Notes under the pieces: model-generated
Databases searched by the model: none
The model's input: only the letters and a program-made list of their open reading frames with translations
What the model was told of the DNA's origin: nothing
Shown here: piece after piece, positions 15,825 through 27,187 of the stretch
Numbering within the stretch: position 1 is the first letter of the stretch
Layout: each line of letters starts with the position of its first letter
Position numbers and translations under genes: made by a program
From: Folioceros fuciformis
Taxonomy: Eukaryota
DNA length: 34,971 nt
Direction: 5' to 3'
Assembly: GCA_049999805.1 (NCBI GenBank)
Contig: JBNGIO010005951.1
Location: forward strand, 37,729 to 72,699

Positions 15825-16906
15825 TCAAACAGGATCAGCCGCGGGTGCGTGGAACCCGGTCCTGCGCACCGATCGAACTTTGAGCACTCGAGGTTCCAGG
15901 TGCCAAGACTGCTTGGCGGTCTGGACCGCGGAGTAGAGGTTCACCTCCAGCTGCGTGTCCTCCTGCCCGGCCTTCTGTTGCGACGAGTCGTTCACGACCA
16001 GGAGCTCCACTCGCTGGAAGCAAGGCCGCTGCCGGAGCTGCTGCGGCCTTGGCGCCACGAACATCTTGTTGTGCGCCTTGGGGACGGGCAGCTTTAAGCA
16101 CACGGCGAGCAGCGTATCGACGATGGTACCCACGCCGGGCCGCCGGTCGCTCCTCCGGCGCACGCATCGCGCGGCCAAGAGAGCCAGCTGCGCGGCCAGG
16201 TCATTGCGGAGCGTGGGGAGCCGCGGGTCCAGCACGCCCGCGATGTCGCCTCTTTTTATCTTCGGCAGCGCCCAATCCNNNNNNNNNNNNNNNNNNNNNN
16301 NNNNNNNNNNNNNNNNNNNNNNNNNNNNNNNNNNNNNNNNNNNNNNNNNNNNNNNNNNNNNNNNNNNNNNNNNNNNNNCCTCCGGTCTAGCAGCACGTTG
16401 GCGGACTTGATGTCACGGTGCACGATCGGGGGCTGCGCCGAGTGCAGGGCCAACAGCCCCTGCGCGATCTGCATCGCCAGCCTCGCCCGTAGCGGCCAGT
16501 TGGGAACGGGAAGAGGATCGGAGTCTCCCTTTCCGTTCTGCTGCAACGGGGGATGCAGCGCGTCGTGCAGCGTCCCGTTAGGCACCAGCTCCACCACCAG
16601 CAGCTTCTCGGGGGCCGCAGCGTCGGTAGATCCTACCAGGTTCACGATCCGTTCATGCCGCAGCTTCGAGAGGATCTCCAGCTCCGTCTCCAGCCTGCTG
16701 CACGACACCCCGTTAGCCCGCTTCACGGCCACCACCCGCTTCGACCCGTCCTTGAGAATCNNNNNNNNNNNNNNNNNNNNNNNNNNNNNNNNNNNNNNNN
16801 NNNNNNNNNNNNNNNNNNNNNNNNNNNNNNNNNNNNNNNNNNNNNNNNNNNNNNNNNNNNCTCTCCTCTTTGCAAACACTGATGTCTGAGCGCTCATGGA
16901 GTTCAT
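15825..16906 (-). CDS. Receptor-like cytoplasmic Ser/Thr kinase (RD type), GC-rich, no introns visible, interrupted by two 100-N gaps
   Basis: Contains VVAVKR, ETELEILSKLRHERIVNLVG, PPIVHRDIKSANVLLD and LDPRL...LAARCVRRRSDRRP. No TM segment is visible. The start is tentative and the Gly-loop and DFG/APE regions fall in the gaps. Confidence 0.85.
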
Positions 16907-17502
16907 CCGCAACCGGAGCCGCAGAAAGAATCGAACTCTCGATCTGCTCATTGCAATGAGACGCAGCTATCCAACCTCCCCATCGAGCAGTGCAAACTTC
17001 ACTCGTCCCCCACGAAACAGCTGAGGGATCGGAGCTGCTGCCCTCGCCCTTCAGGCCCAGCCTTTAGACAACTGCAGGCCGCCGCATCCGTGCTAGCTTC
17101 GGTTCAGCTGTAGCCTCATCTCTCCAACAACACAAAATCAACTCACAGGACTAGTGCACATGCGGCCAGCTGCTCTGCCGACTGCTACAAATGTGTGTCA
17201 AGCGAGTTGACGCCAGCAGGAACGTATGAAGTCGCCGACAATCATCTCGGGCGGTGCCTCCGAGGTCGCTCTCCTTGTCGATTTCGGCTCGAATCTCATC
17301 CACGCGACTCTGCCCTTCCGGAGAAAACATACCTGACGTTGTAGACAAACGCTGGAACTGCAGGAATTCGATTTCCGTGGCCCGGGCAAAGGCTATCTGC
17401 TGGAGAATGGAGTGTGGGTAGCGTGGAGGATTGTTCGGCTTTCTTTGTTGTTGGTGGACGAGGCGTGGGTTTCACATTGGCGCGACCATTGAAAACAACA
17501 AG

Positions 17503-19385
17503 TCATTGACTTGAAGAAGTTCGTTGGATGGTAGAATCGGGCAACACGGTGAAACGAACGGCAGAGCAGATGCTATCACGAAGCTGTAGAGATTGCTCTA
17601 CGGCTTGAGCAAACTCCAGAATAAGAGGGGACGAGGCTACAACACTGGAACGACGTTCTAACAGTTCACACACGTCTCCCATCGCCGGTCGTAGAGAGGG
17701 ATCCCTTTGAATGCACCACAGTCCCAGTTTGCATAACTTGATAGCCTCGTGGGCATCGAATTTCCCTTGGAGCCTCTTGTCCACCAGCGCCAGCTCCTCC
17801 TTTCGTATCGCGGGACCCTGCTCTTCATCTGCTGCAACCGCTGCTCAGTTAGCAGACGCTCACTTCAGAAAACAGGCGGAAAGCTCTTGGATCAAGCCCC
17901 AGGCAGGTTGGATGGAACCATAAAGAGAGAATTTAGAGAGAGGAAGCATGGCGTCATGGAGATGCTGACCTTGGGGTTCTTTGTGACCAGAGGATATGGT
18001 GTGCTGCACCCAGGCAGGAAAGTAGCGGCGCTCTGGCAGCTCGATGGCGTCGTCTCGATTGCGGCGGCCGCTCACAAGCTCCAGCAACAGCATCCCGTAG
18101 CTGAAGACATGGCTCGTTTGGGAAGAAGCCAAGATGGGGACATCCTGGTGAAGCACTTCCGGGGCCAGATAGCCTTCGGTGAGCGGAGTCTGGCTCAGGT
18201 CCGTGCATCCCGAGGGGCTCGTCTCCGCAGTCCCTGCAGAGTCTGCCAGCTTGGGCTGGAAGGTGTCTGACAGAAGGATGTTCTCTGGCTTGAGGTCCAA
18301 GAGCGGGAATCTGGACTCCCCGCTGAAGGCGCTGTGAAATGCCACCAGCCCCTGCTTGCAGAGCAACATCCATTCTATCTCGCATGTCAGTGGAGACGCG
18401 TGCCATCAGCAGTTTATGCGTTGCATCCAGTGGTAAAAAGATACCTTGGCCAGAGAGTTGGCGATGCAGATGCGCTGCTCCCAAGCTAGCACCATGTCCC
18501 CTCCTCCAAACAACCACCTGTCCAAGGACCCGTTCGCCATCTCCTCGTACACCAGCAGGCGGTGGGTGCCGTCCACGCAGTACCCCAACAGCTTCAACAT
18601 GAGGAAATGATTGGCAGATCCAGCATACAGCCTGGCCTTGAACTCGATGTCCCGAATGCGAGCCAGGCTCGCCACTGCATGAGCGCTGGACGCCGGGAGG
18701 CTCAGCTTTCTCACAAAAATGCTGTGCCCTGCAGTAAGCGAAGCCAGACAAACATGTGAATCCATCCATACAAGCTGTGGACGACCTCGTCTGAAGGGCA
18801 TACAGTCATGGAGACATATCGACATCTACCTGTGGATGGATGGACTCCCTTGTAGTCGCTGCGCGACCTCCCATTCTGCCCAATTCTGTACGCAAAACTG
18901 TCTGTGGCACTCACCAGGTCCTGGTAGGAAAATCTGTGCAGGCCAAGGGGAGCAGTCTCCGTATCCATGCTCACATCAGTCCCTTCCTCATGGGCGGGCA
19001 TCTGGGCAACCGTAAGATTGGTTTCACCAATTTTCAGAGCAGGCTCACGGAGCCCATTGCTATCGGTGTGGCCAGCCCGAGTGCCGCTCCAGGGCCCATG
19101 GCCGCTCCAGGGCACAGCCACTAAGATCTTCACATGCTCTGTCAGCTGCCTCCTGGTCTCCGACAGCTGCACCCTATTGGTATAGTAAGCCCACGCCATG
19201 AAAAATGGCCACACCCCCACTCCCAAGTAGTACCATCTGCTGAACTTGAGGGCAAGACACAGCAGCATGCCCTCGATCACCAAAATGGCCAGCACCGAGC
19301 ACAGCATGCTCACTTCCAAACTCCATGCGGGCGCATAGCATCTGCCTGTCTTGCTAGTAGAGGACACTGGCAGCTCCATGGACAT
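17503..19385 (-). CDS. Degenerate receptor-like kinase (probable pseudokinase) with two N-terminal hydrophobic helices; 4 exons
   Basis: Contains LHRFSYQDLVSATDSF, LLGYCVDGTHRLLVYEEMANGSLDRWLF, DLKPENILL, GYLAPE, FSYGMLLLELVSGRRN and LGLWCIQRDPSLRPAMGDVCELLE. Exons can be joined in frame through GT-AG introns. Confidence 0.85.
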
Positions 19386-19658
19386 GGCTCACTTACGCTA
19401 CCAGAGCCTGGAAACGTGGATGCTGAGGTGAAGTGCTAGTTCTAGATCATATTGACCTGGCGTCCAAGCTTGCAATTGGGTTGTCTCACGGAACGGTCTT
19501 ATCAGTCGCAGCAAGCAGCAGTGTGGGGAAACATTCACACGTCACGCTCCTTGTCAAGTCATGGACGCCTTGCCATGGCATTCGGAGCTCGAGCTCTCCG
19601 CCAGTCTCTGCAGCCGGCAGATTCGCGAATGTTTTCGGATTTAGGACCATGTTTATGG

Positions 19659-19667
19659 ATATATATA
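19659..19667 (-). promoter_or_regulatory. Candidate TATA box of the two-TM kinase gene
   Basis: CTATATATAT on the minus strand about 275 bp upstream of ATG 19385, in otherwise GC-balanced DNA. Confidence 0.4.
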
Positions 19668-20887
19668 GTGAGGACCGGTCTGGCCTCCTCCTTGCCATGC
19701 CGCGCTACTCACAACCCGCCTCCACATTTCAGCTGTCCAGGACTGTGATCCAGCTTGGAAGCAACTCTTGCGAGGTCGCTGTCTTTTTCCTCACATGATG
19801 TGGTGGATGAATGTGCCCACATCCAGCATAGACATTCTGAACCCAACACGGTCATCCCTCGTGTTGCCCGCCCTGCTGCGGATCGGAAAAGCAAGTGGGC
19901 CATCCCCTGGCCTCCGCCAAGTGGCTTGCTGGCCATTATCTGGCGCATGGTCGGAGGTACATCAGGACACCATAGGACATGTTTGGCACCAGCATCGAGA
20001 GGAACTGGGTCGATAGACGGTCGTCTGGATGGCATTTCATGGTCATAATCATGCTGATTCAATCTGGAGAACATAACTCGTAGATTCTAAAGACAGCGAG
20101 GCTTCTACTCCACTGGGCATCCATCGTCCATTTCCCATTCAGTACTACACGATACTCCATGCGTGATTGATCAGAACACGCAGAAAGGAATCCGACCCGC
20201 TCTTTGCACGATACGACTTCACCATTCTGTTCATGAGTGTCAAGCTCACTCTCGTACAACGACAGTTACTATGGTAGAGAAATTCGTGTACAACTACAGT
20301 AGTAGAGAAACACATGCAACTAGAACAGACATGCAAGTACAAGATGGGCGTCTCACGCCACAGACTCGCAAGATATAACCGGCTGAGCGAACCTTGGTCT
20401 CTCATACGTGTACATCCCTGTCTGTTCTTTCTCCGAAACAAGGAATCAGCTGCCACAGTCTGGCAGCCGAATAAGCACCCACACAGCGAATCCTCGGTCC
20501 CGCATTTCCCTGTCTTTGGCCAGCCATTTCCTTCTCTGCACTTTCTCTGAAACAAAGAAGTGCACATCCCAAGACTACTTATCGGACGCACCTAAGATTT
20601 GGCGAGCCCACTCTAACCATTTTGTGTCAACTGGTCTACTGACCACCAATAGCATACATACGTACGTACAAACACACACGCAACTGCAAGCAACTGCAAA
20701 CGAGACGAGGCAATCGGCAAGCCATCGTGGCTTGCGGATACATGATCCCAGCTCAGAATAGACGCAGCTCAAGCATCGTTTCCTATCAGACTGACGCATG
20801 AACGGGGTAGGTATTAATCGATCCGAACGGGACCGGATCGGGTACCGATCGATCCACACCGCGATCGATCCATAGCATCCCGAATGT

Positions 20888-21430
20888 TCAGTAATTGGAG
20901 TCGTCCTGGCTTGCGTAGTTGCAGAGGCCGAAGGAGCACCGCTCGCTCCACCGGCATCGGATCCCGCACCCGCCGCAATTTCTCGGGTCACGGGCGATAT
21001 CAGCGCAGAAGCCCCCGCAGCATTGGGACCCGGCGCAGCACACGGTGCCGCAGTTGCCACAATTCTTATCGTCGCTGGCCACGTTGGTGCACTTGTTGCG
21101 GCAGCAATCGGATCCGGCGGGACTGGACGCGCAAACCTCCGGGAAGCGGCTGCACGACGCCGTGCCCGATCGTCCGCTCTGCGGCGAGAACCCTCTGAAT
21201 CCCAGAATCACCTGCTTGTCCGCCCAAGACGGCCCCGACGATCGCAACGCCGACCCCGACGCCGACACCGATTCCAAATCCAAATCCAAACCCGCACCCG
21301 AATCCAGGCCCGAACCCACCCGAGCAAGAGGCCGCAGCGTCGACGCCGAGAGCACTGGCACCAGCACCAGCCACAAAGCCACTGCCACAAATGTGCCTCG
21401 CTCGACCCATCTCACCTTCCTCCACTCCAT
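20888..21430 (-). CDS. STIG1-domain cysteine-rich secreted protein, copy 1 (single exon)
   Basis: Signal-like segment FVAVALWLVLVPVLSA. C-terminal CSRFPEVC...DCCRNKCTNVASDDKNCGNCGTVC...CCGGFCADIARDPRNCGGCGIRC...CSFGLCNYA matches the STIG1 Cys pattern. Confidence 0.9.
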   Translation of the reverse strand: MEWRKVRWVERGTFVAVALWLVLVPVLSASTLRPLARVGSGLDSGAGLDLDLESVSASGSALRSSGPSWADKQVILGFRGFSPQSGRSGTASCSRFPEVCASSPAGSDCCRNKCTNVASDDKNCGNCGTVCCAGSQCCGGFCADIARDPRNCGGCGIRCRWSERCSFGLCNYASQDDSNY

Positions 21431-22410
21431 CGTCCCGCCTGACACACCGAATCGCCCACGAAACCCACCCGAATCGCCCACGAAACGCCCTCGAAACGCC
21501 CACCAAAATAACAGAACACGAACGACGCGTTCGTCTCGGGAGCAGGTGCCACAAGCCAGTGGCCGCAACTGCCCCCCCTCCTTATGAGCCCCTCCCGGTT
21601 GCCAACAATTATTGCCTCCAACATTCTGCTTTCCCCTTTCCCCTTTACAGACACATCTCCCGCAGGCTTCACATGCGCCTCATCACCAGCTCCAAGCTCT
21701 TTGGATCTAAACCCAGATTTTGCATCACATCACAGCTTACATCACAATTTTTCTTCTCTAAGGGCATAAAAGCCTCACTTTTAGGGTTCTCTCACATCCA
21801 CATGTGTCATCTACCTCGTCCATAATTTCTCGTGTCATTTGGCTTTTTGTAGCCGTATCCGACAATGTGTCTTTCTAACTTCACCACGTCACTCTTTTTT
21901 GCTGTTAAAAGTTGACCACGTTTCTTTTGCCTCTGACAGATATTGGTATATCGTGTATTTATTTCATAGATTATATCTACTTCTTGTAGATTTAGAAGAA
22001 AGAGTAAAAGCAACTAAAACTAAAAAATTAGTTCAATTAAGTTAAGATAAAACTAACCAACTTGTGTTTCTCTCCTCGTATATATTCTTAAAGAAAGTTT
22101 AAGTGAGTTATTTAATTAAAACAAATACTCCACAATATCATATAAGATATAGTAATAGTAATAATTATAGATATAAGTATAATCACATATATAATATAGC
22201 TAGTAAGTCTAATAAAACGTATAAGCTATAAGAGTTGACGTAAGGATCCCAACTCAAGTTTCATATCTACCGGCTCTTAATTATTTCATATATGGCTTTG
22301 TGACAAGCGTTAGTAACAGAGCCTCCCGGAGCAGTCCGTGTCTCGCCGCCGTGCGCCATGGAAGGGAGGGCGAGGAGACGACGAGGAGTGCGCGACGAGA
22401 TCAGTGCAGA

Positions 22411-22896
22411 CTATGCCGAGGGGCCGTTGTAGTTGCACAGACCAAGGAAGCAGGTCTCGTTCTTCTGGCACTTGTTGCCGCACCGTCCGCAATTCTTGGA
22501 GTCGTTCTTGAGGTTCACGGCCTTTCCGTAGCAGCAAGACAGACGCTTGTTGAGCACCCTCCCACATCGGCCGCAGTTGTACTTGTCGGTTTTCAGGTTG
22601 GTGCAGAATTTCTTGCAGCAGGTAGGGCCCCGGGGGCTGTATCTGCACACCGACGGGTTCCTGCCGCAGTAGCCGAAGCCCTGCATCGCCCGCCTCCACG
22701 GCCCGCCGGAAGCGGTTGCGGGAACGGAAATGGGAAGGTGCTCGGCCGTGTCGTTGTCTGTGTCGTGATCCATTGTCGTCTCCACGTCGGCGCCGGAGCT
22801 GTCGACCGGGGCTTGCTCAAGCGCAGCGGATGCCTGAGCCGCAAGCGCCAGCGCGAGCAGGAGCAGGAGCAGGAGAGGTGCCAAGGTGACGGCCAT
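22411..22896 (-). CDS. STIG1-domain cysteine-rich secreted protein, copy 2 (single exon)
   Basis: Signal peptide MAVTLAPLLLLLLLALALAAQASA, an acidic pro-region, then CGRNPSVC...TCCKKFCTNLKTDKYNCGRCG...CCYGKAVNLKNDSKNCGRCGNKC...CFLGLCNY. Confidence 0.92.
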   Translation of the reverse strand: MAVTLAPLLLLLLLALALAAQASAALEQAPVDSSGADVETTMDHDTDNDTAEHLPISVPATASGGPWRRAMQGFGYCGRNPSVCRYSPRGPTCCKKFCTNLKTDKYNCGRCGRVLNKRLSCCYGKAVNLKNDSKNCGRCGNKCQKNETCFLGLCNYNGPSA

Positions 22897-23565
22897 GACT
22901 GGAATGCGGACGAGTCCACCCACCGAGAAGCTAGCTCTGCGGAAGAGAAAGTCGAACCGGTGTGTAGATGCTCGGAATTGCTGGAATTGAGTGAAGCTGA
23001 TGGGAGGTGGAAGAGGCCGCGTTCGGAAGAGTAGCCGGCTTGAGAAGGGAAGCGCGGTGGAGAGGAGTGGACTCCGCTCAAGCTTGCGAGCTGTGGAAGG
23101 AGAGGAGCTCCCGTTGACAACGCGCAGTTGTCGGTGTGCGTTTGAGAAGACGGCTTCTACGTTCTCGGTCGAGGAGGCTCCTTAAATACCCTGCGTCTGA
23201 TGGATTCCAGCCTGGTAAAGTGGTGGCGTACGCTCCAACCGTGGGAAGTTCCCTCTCTTGCGCATCTCGTCAGTCCTGAACCTCGGAATGACAAATTTTT
23301 CGGTCAGCGCGCAGGTATCCCTCCTGCATGCAATACCTGTCACAACGTGCAACATCCTAGGATAAGTAGCAATCGCTGTGCTCTTCCCTAAGCTTCTGAA
23401 CTTGTTTAGTGATGTTTGAGAAGCTTCTAAGTGCTCCAGGCAGAACAGTGTCCGGATGTCCTTTAAGGTGAATATGTACCAAGTTCGCTGACCTCGCAAC
23501 GGTTTGGTCACAGGCGGTGTTGCAGCTAGACAACCCACTTGTTGTCCCATTTCATACTTTTAACA

Positions 23566-23760
23566 ACAATTTCTTGTCACTCAAGCGGTGGAGCTTCAAC
23601 AATTCCTGTCACTTGAAACATGGAGCCTCCACAATTCCTGTCACAGTCTTTAGACTGAGAGCTTCAACGATTTCTGTCACTTGAAACATGGAGCGTCAAC
23701 AATTCCTGTGACTTGAGACAAGGAGCTTCAACAAGTCATGTCGCTTGAAACATGGAGCTT
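23566..23760. repeat. ~32-bp degenerate minisatellite (~6 copies)
   Basis: Unit approximately GTCACTTGAAACATGGAGCTTCAACAATTCCT. Confidence 0.85.
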
Positions 23761-24730
23761 AGTTTTGGAGCGCAGTTTCTCCTTGTTGTTGCGATATAAT
23801 GGGTCTCCCTAACCTTCCATGCTTATGGTACACTACACTGGGCTAACCCCTTCTGTCAATAAGGACGTTAACACTCAATCTGGTGCCGGGTGTTCACATA
23901 TAAGTATCTCAATCATCAGCAGCGGGGAAATGTATGTTCACAAACCTCGCGTACACTTTTCCGTTGATATCTGTGGCAGCAGAGAAGGGGCCAATTCGGC
24001 ATCGGGCCGTTCAAAGGTGGAACAGTTCTTGAAGCAGTTATTACTGTCAGGCGAGCCCGTTTCCATATGCTGCCTGAAACGTAGGAGTCAGGACTACAAA
24101 ATGCGTTTTCAGATGCCACAGAAATTTATCACACTGCTGGCACCCCCTGGATGGTTACAATTGGATGCCAAGAGCCAAGTGACTCAGAGGAGCAAAAGGT
24201 ACCAATGTCTGCTCAGATTCTTAATTTGCTCGAAGTTTGAGCCCTTGAGCTCGTAGCAGGTGACTAGCAGGAGCTTGGTATCTCTACTTGGTTGAATCGG
24301 TCCATAACTCCCGACTAGAGAGCCCAGTCTTGCTCTCGTTTCCTTCTCAATCTACGGTGCCGTTCACGTGGGACTCGCACACCATCGATCCCAGGCTCCT
24401 CACATGGCGGAGCATGCAGGTCATTTGCAGTTGTGGACACCGGTGCCATTGTGTCCGTCCGTAGAAGATACTGGAAGGCGTGCACTTGGGATCGAACATT
24501 GTTTCTAGGGCTTTGCGCTCCGTGAGTCCGTTAGAATCAACGGATGTATGCTGGTCTTTCATGGAATCGGGAGAACACGAAAACAGGAGACAGGTCTTTC
24601 CTCCGCTAGGTCTGTTTCGGAAGTCGCACACCTGCATCCTTACAGTCTTTCTCACGATCTCAAAGTGTGGGCTCCTGCGCAATAACTAATCACTCTTCAG
24701 ACAAACGCAATGGCGTACACCGCTGCACCT

Positions 24731-26834
24731 CTATTGTGCTTCAGATCTGAACAAGTCGAGCCCACGCAGAGCGTTGCGTGCAGCTCGCAGTGTGGCAATG
24801 TCTTTACAGAAGGCAATTCTCACGTATCTATCGTTGACGAGGTCGTGCCTGCTCGAGCTCGACCGTACTGATGCCCCGTACTCGCTGGTACAATTGCTTT
24901 CCGCGTCGGTGCCGCTGGTACCAATCCTCTGCCCGTTCTTGACGTTGCCTGCGTGTGGGTGGAAGAAACCCCGGCCAGGCACTATGGCCACCCCAGCATT
25001 TTCGATGACTTGAGCACAAAAAGTGAACTGCCAGCAAACAAGTCTAGGATATTGGCAGCCGTGTTTAGGGGACCTGGGGAACAAAAAAAGAGCACCAAAA
25101 TATGGACAGGCTTGCGTACATCAGCTAGCCCGCATTGTCGAGGAAGTTGTGCAAACACGAAGAAAGAGCCTTGTGGTTTTAAGAAGCTGCTGAAGCCGAG
25201 TTCAGTAAGCATGTTACACACAAAATCTCGTCGTTGCGTGTAGTCCTGTACGGCAACGTGTCAAGGTCTTATGAGATGAGAGTGCCGGGAATGTAACGAG
25301 ACATGCTGACAACGAGAGGGCCAGAATGTACCAGCTTCAGATTTTGATAGAATTCTTCAGACTGTCTAAGAGCAACCAGGGCTGCTTCCTGAAAGGGGGC
25401 TGGTGCAGAATCTGTCAGTTTGACATGAATGTTGGAAATGGTAGCTGAGATCTCTGCTGGAGCTATTGCCCACCCAACCCGCCAGCCTGCATCCCTTTGT
25501 CAAGAGCTGGGCTACCATCAGCACGAAGAGTGTACACTGGTGAGCTACGAGGCTTGCAGCAGGGGGAGTACAGACCTGTAACACTAAATGTCTTGGACAA
25601 GGAAGAGGTGACAATAGTACGTTCTTGCATTCCACGAAACGCGGCAAGACTCGCATGCTTTGCATCGTCGAATGTAATATGCTCGTACACCTAAGTACGC
25701 ACAGTTCCAGGCTCTTAGTACATGCTAAACCTTGTGGGTGCCAACTCTCTTGCAGCACCAAACTTTGAAGCTTACTTCGTCTGTTATAGCCAAGCAGTCG
25801 TATTTGCAGCACAGGCTTGCGATCCCTGCCAGTTCTGAATGAGAGAAGACCTTCCCAGTTGGGTTGTGAGGGCTGCATGGCACAAAACAGCATCAGCACA
25901 CAATATACGGAGGACGTGTGCAGTGACAGCTTCTTCGAGGTATCACAACTGGCCTGTTCACCACAACAGCCTTGGTTCGTGGACTCATAGCATCTTCGAG
26001 CTTGCCCAGGTCAAGAGTCCATTCGGGTGGATCGAGTGACACGTAAATCTGTCCACAAAGACGAGCTCACACATTTAATCTACACCCATTACATTTACAA
26101 ATGGAGGCCAAAACGATGCAGGTGCTTACCGGCTTGCCACCAGCCATGATCACACAAGCTTCATAGGTTTCATACGCTGGATCCAGAAGCACCACCTCGT
26201 CGCCAACGTCCACCACTGTAGGAGACAACAAGAAATTGTGAAAAACATGCCGCTACAAGCTCGACAGATGAAGCCAAGGCGGCGTCAGGCTGTGATCAGC
26301 GGAGTTACAAGTAAGGACCAGCAAGTACGGTGGCTGCCATAGCCTCTGATTGACCACAGCAGATGGTTACTTGAGTTGAAGGGTCCACCGGCACCCCTTG
26401 GCTGGCATAGAAAGCTTGTGCCACTTTCTCGAGGACACCCTGAACATGCCTGAAACACACAGGAAACCTCGTCAGAAGAAAGCACACGACAGGTTGACCA
26501 TTGCAATGCTTTGCAGTTGCTTCATGAAACATCCAACCTGTATTGGTTGTGGTCGGCATTTATAGCAGCTACTGCCGCTTCCTTCACCGCCAGAGGAGCT
26601 GGAAAGTCTGGGAATCCTGCAGCAGGTAGAACAAAAGGTTGTGATCACAGGACTGCCCAGAGGAGGTCCAGCAGCCGTGAATACAAGCTGGATTTAGGAA
26701 AGCTCACCTTCAGCTAGGTTGATGGCATTGCGCTGCTGGGCTAGAATGGACAGCTGCTGGATGGGCGAAGGGCCGAAGGCGTGGGATCGCTGAGCCAACC
26801 ACGACCGCCTCTGGTTGGCGGGACTCCGATCCAT
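24731..26834 (-). CDS. Class I/II PLP-dependent aminotransferase (kynurenine/methionine aminotransferase-like), multi-exon
   Basis: Starts MDRSPANQRRSWLAQRSHAFGPSPIQQLSILAQQRNAINLAEG|FPDFPAP. Contains CCGQSEAM, NSPHNPTGKVF, ITDEVYEHI, SSLSKTFSVTG (PLP Lys), KPQGSFFVFA, VPGRGFF and YVRIAFCK. Confidence 0.92.
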
Positions 26835-27187
26835 CCCCGCGACCGGACCCAGCTCTGGTTTTTAGGAATATGCGGGTGAATGGAGGATAAAAAATTGCTA
26901 AAAGGGCGGCTAAAAACCAAAACAAGCAAAGCGAGGCCCGGCTTGGCCAGCCACGTTGCGCGGTCAGTGGACCAGTCTATCCACAACGAACTGGAACAGT
27001 GGAACTTGTGCAGGAAGGTGGGCACAGAGCAAGTGCAACAGCATTTCGGAGGCCGGTATCCCAGAGCCTCAGAAGGAGGAGCGGGCCAAGGTGACCAAGG
27101 CAGGCTCAGGATTGCACTTCCTGGCGGATTTGGCAGTTGGAAGCAGGAGTCAGGCATTCTGTCAGAGTGTCTGAGATCCTGGAGGGG

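Noticed and set aside
16279..16860. Apparent frameshifts in the cytoplasmic kinase
   Set aside because: The frame changes coincide with fixed-length 100-N gaps and are not evidence of pseudogenisation.
19486..20074. Upstream ORFs as an ectodomain for the degenerate kinase
   Set aside because: I found no signal peptide, lectin/EGF/PAN motifs or convincing splice path, and a TATA-like element lies within the region. Not fully excluded without RNA data.
20919..23034. Long plus-strand ORFs (222 aa and 244 aa)
   Set aside because: They are GC-rich antisense shadows of the STIG1 genes.
23182..23550. 122-aa minus-strand ORF upstream of STIG1 copy 2
   Set aside because: It has no recognisable domain and overlaps the likely promoter, so it cannot be supported.
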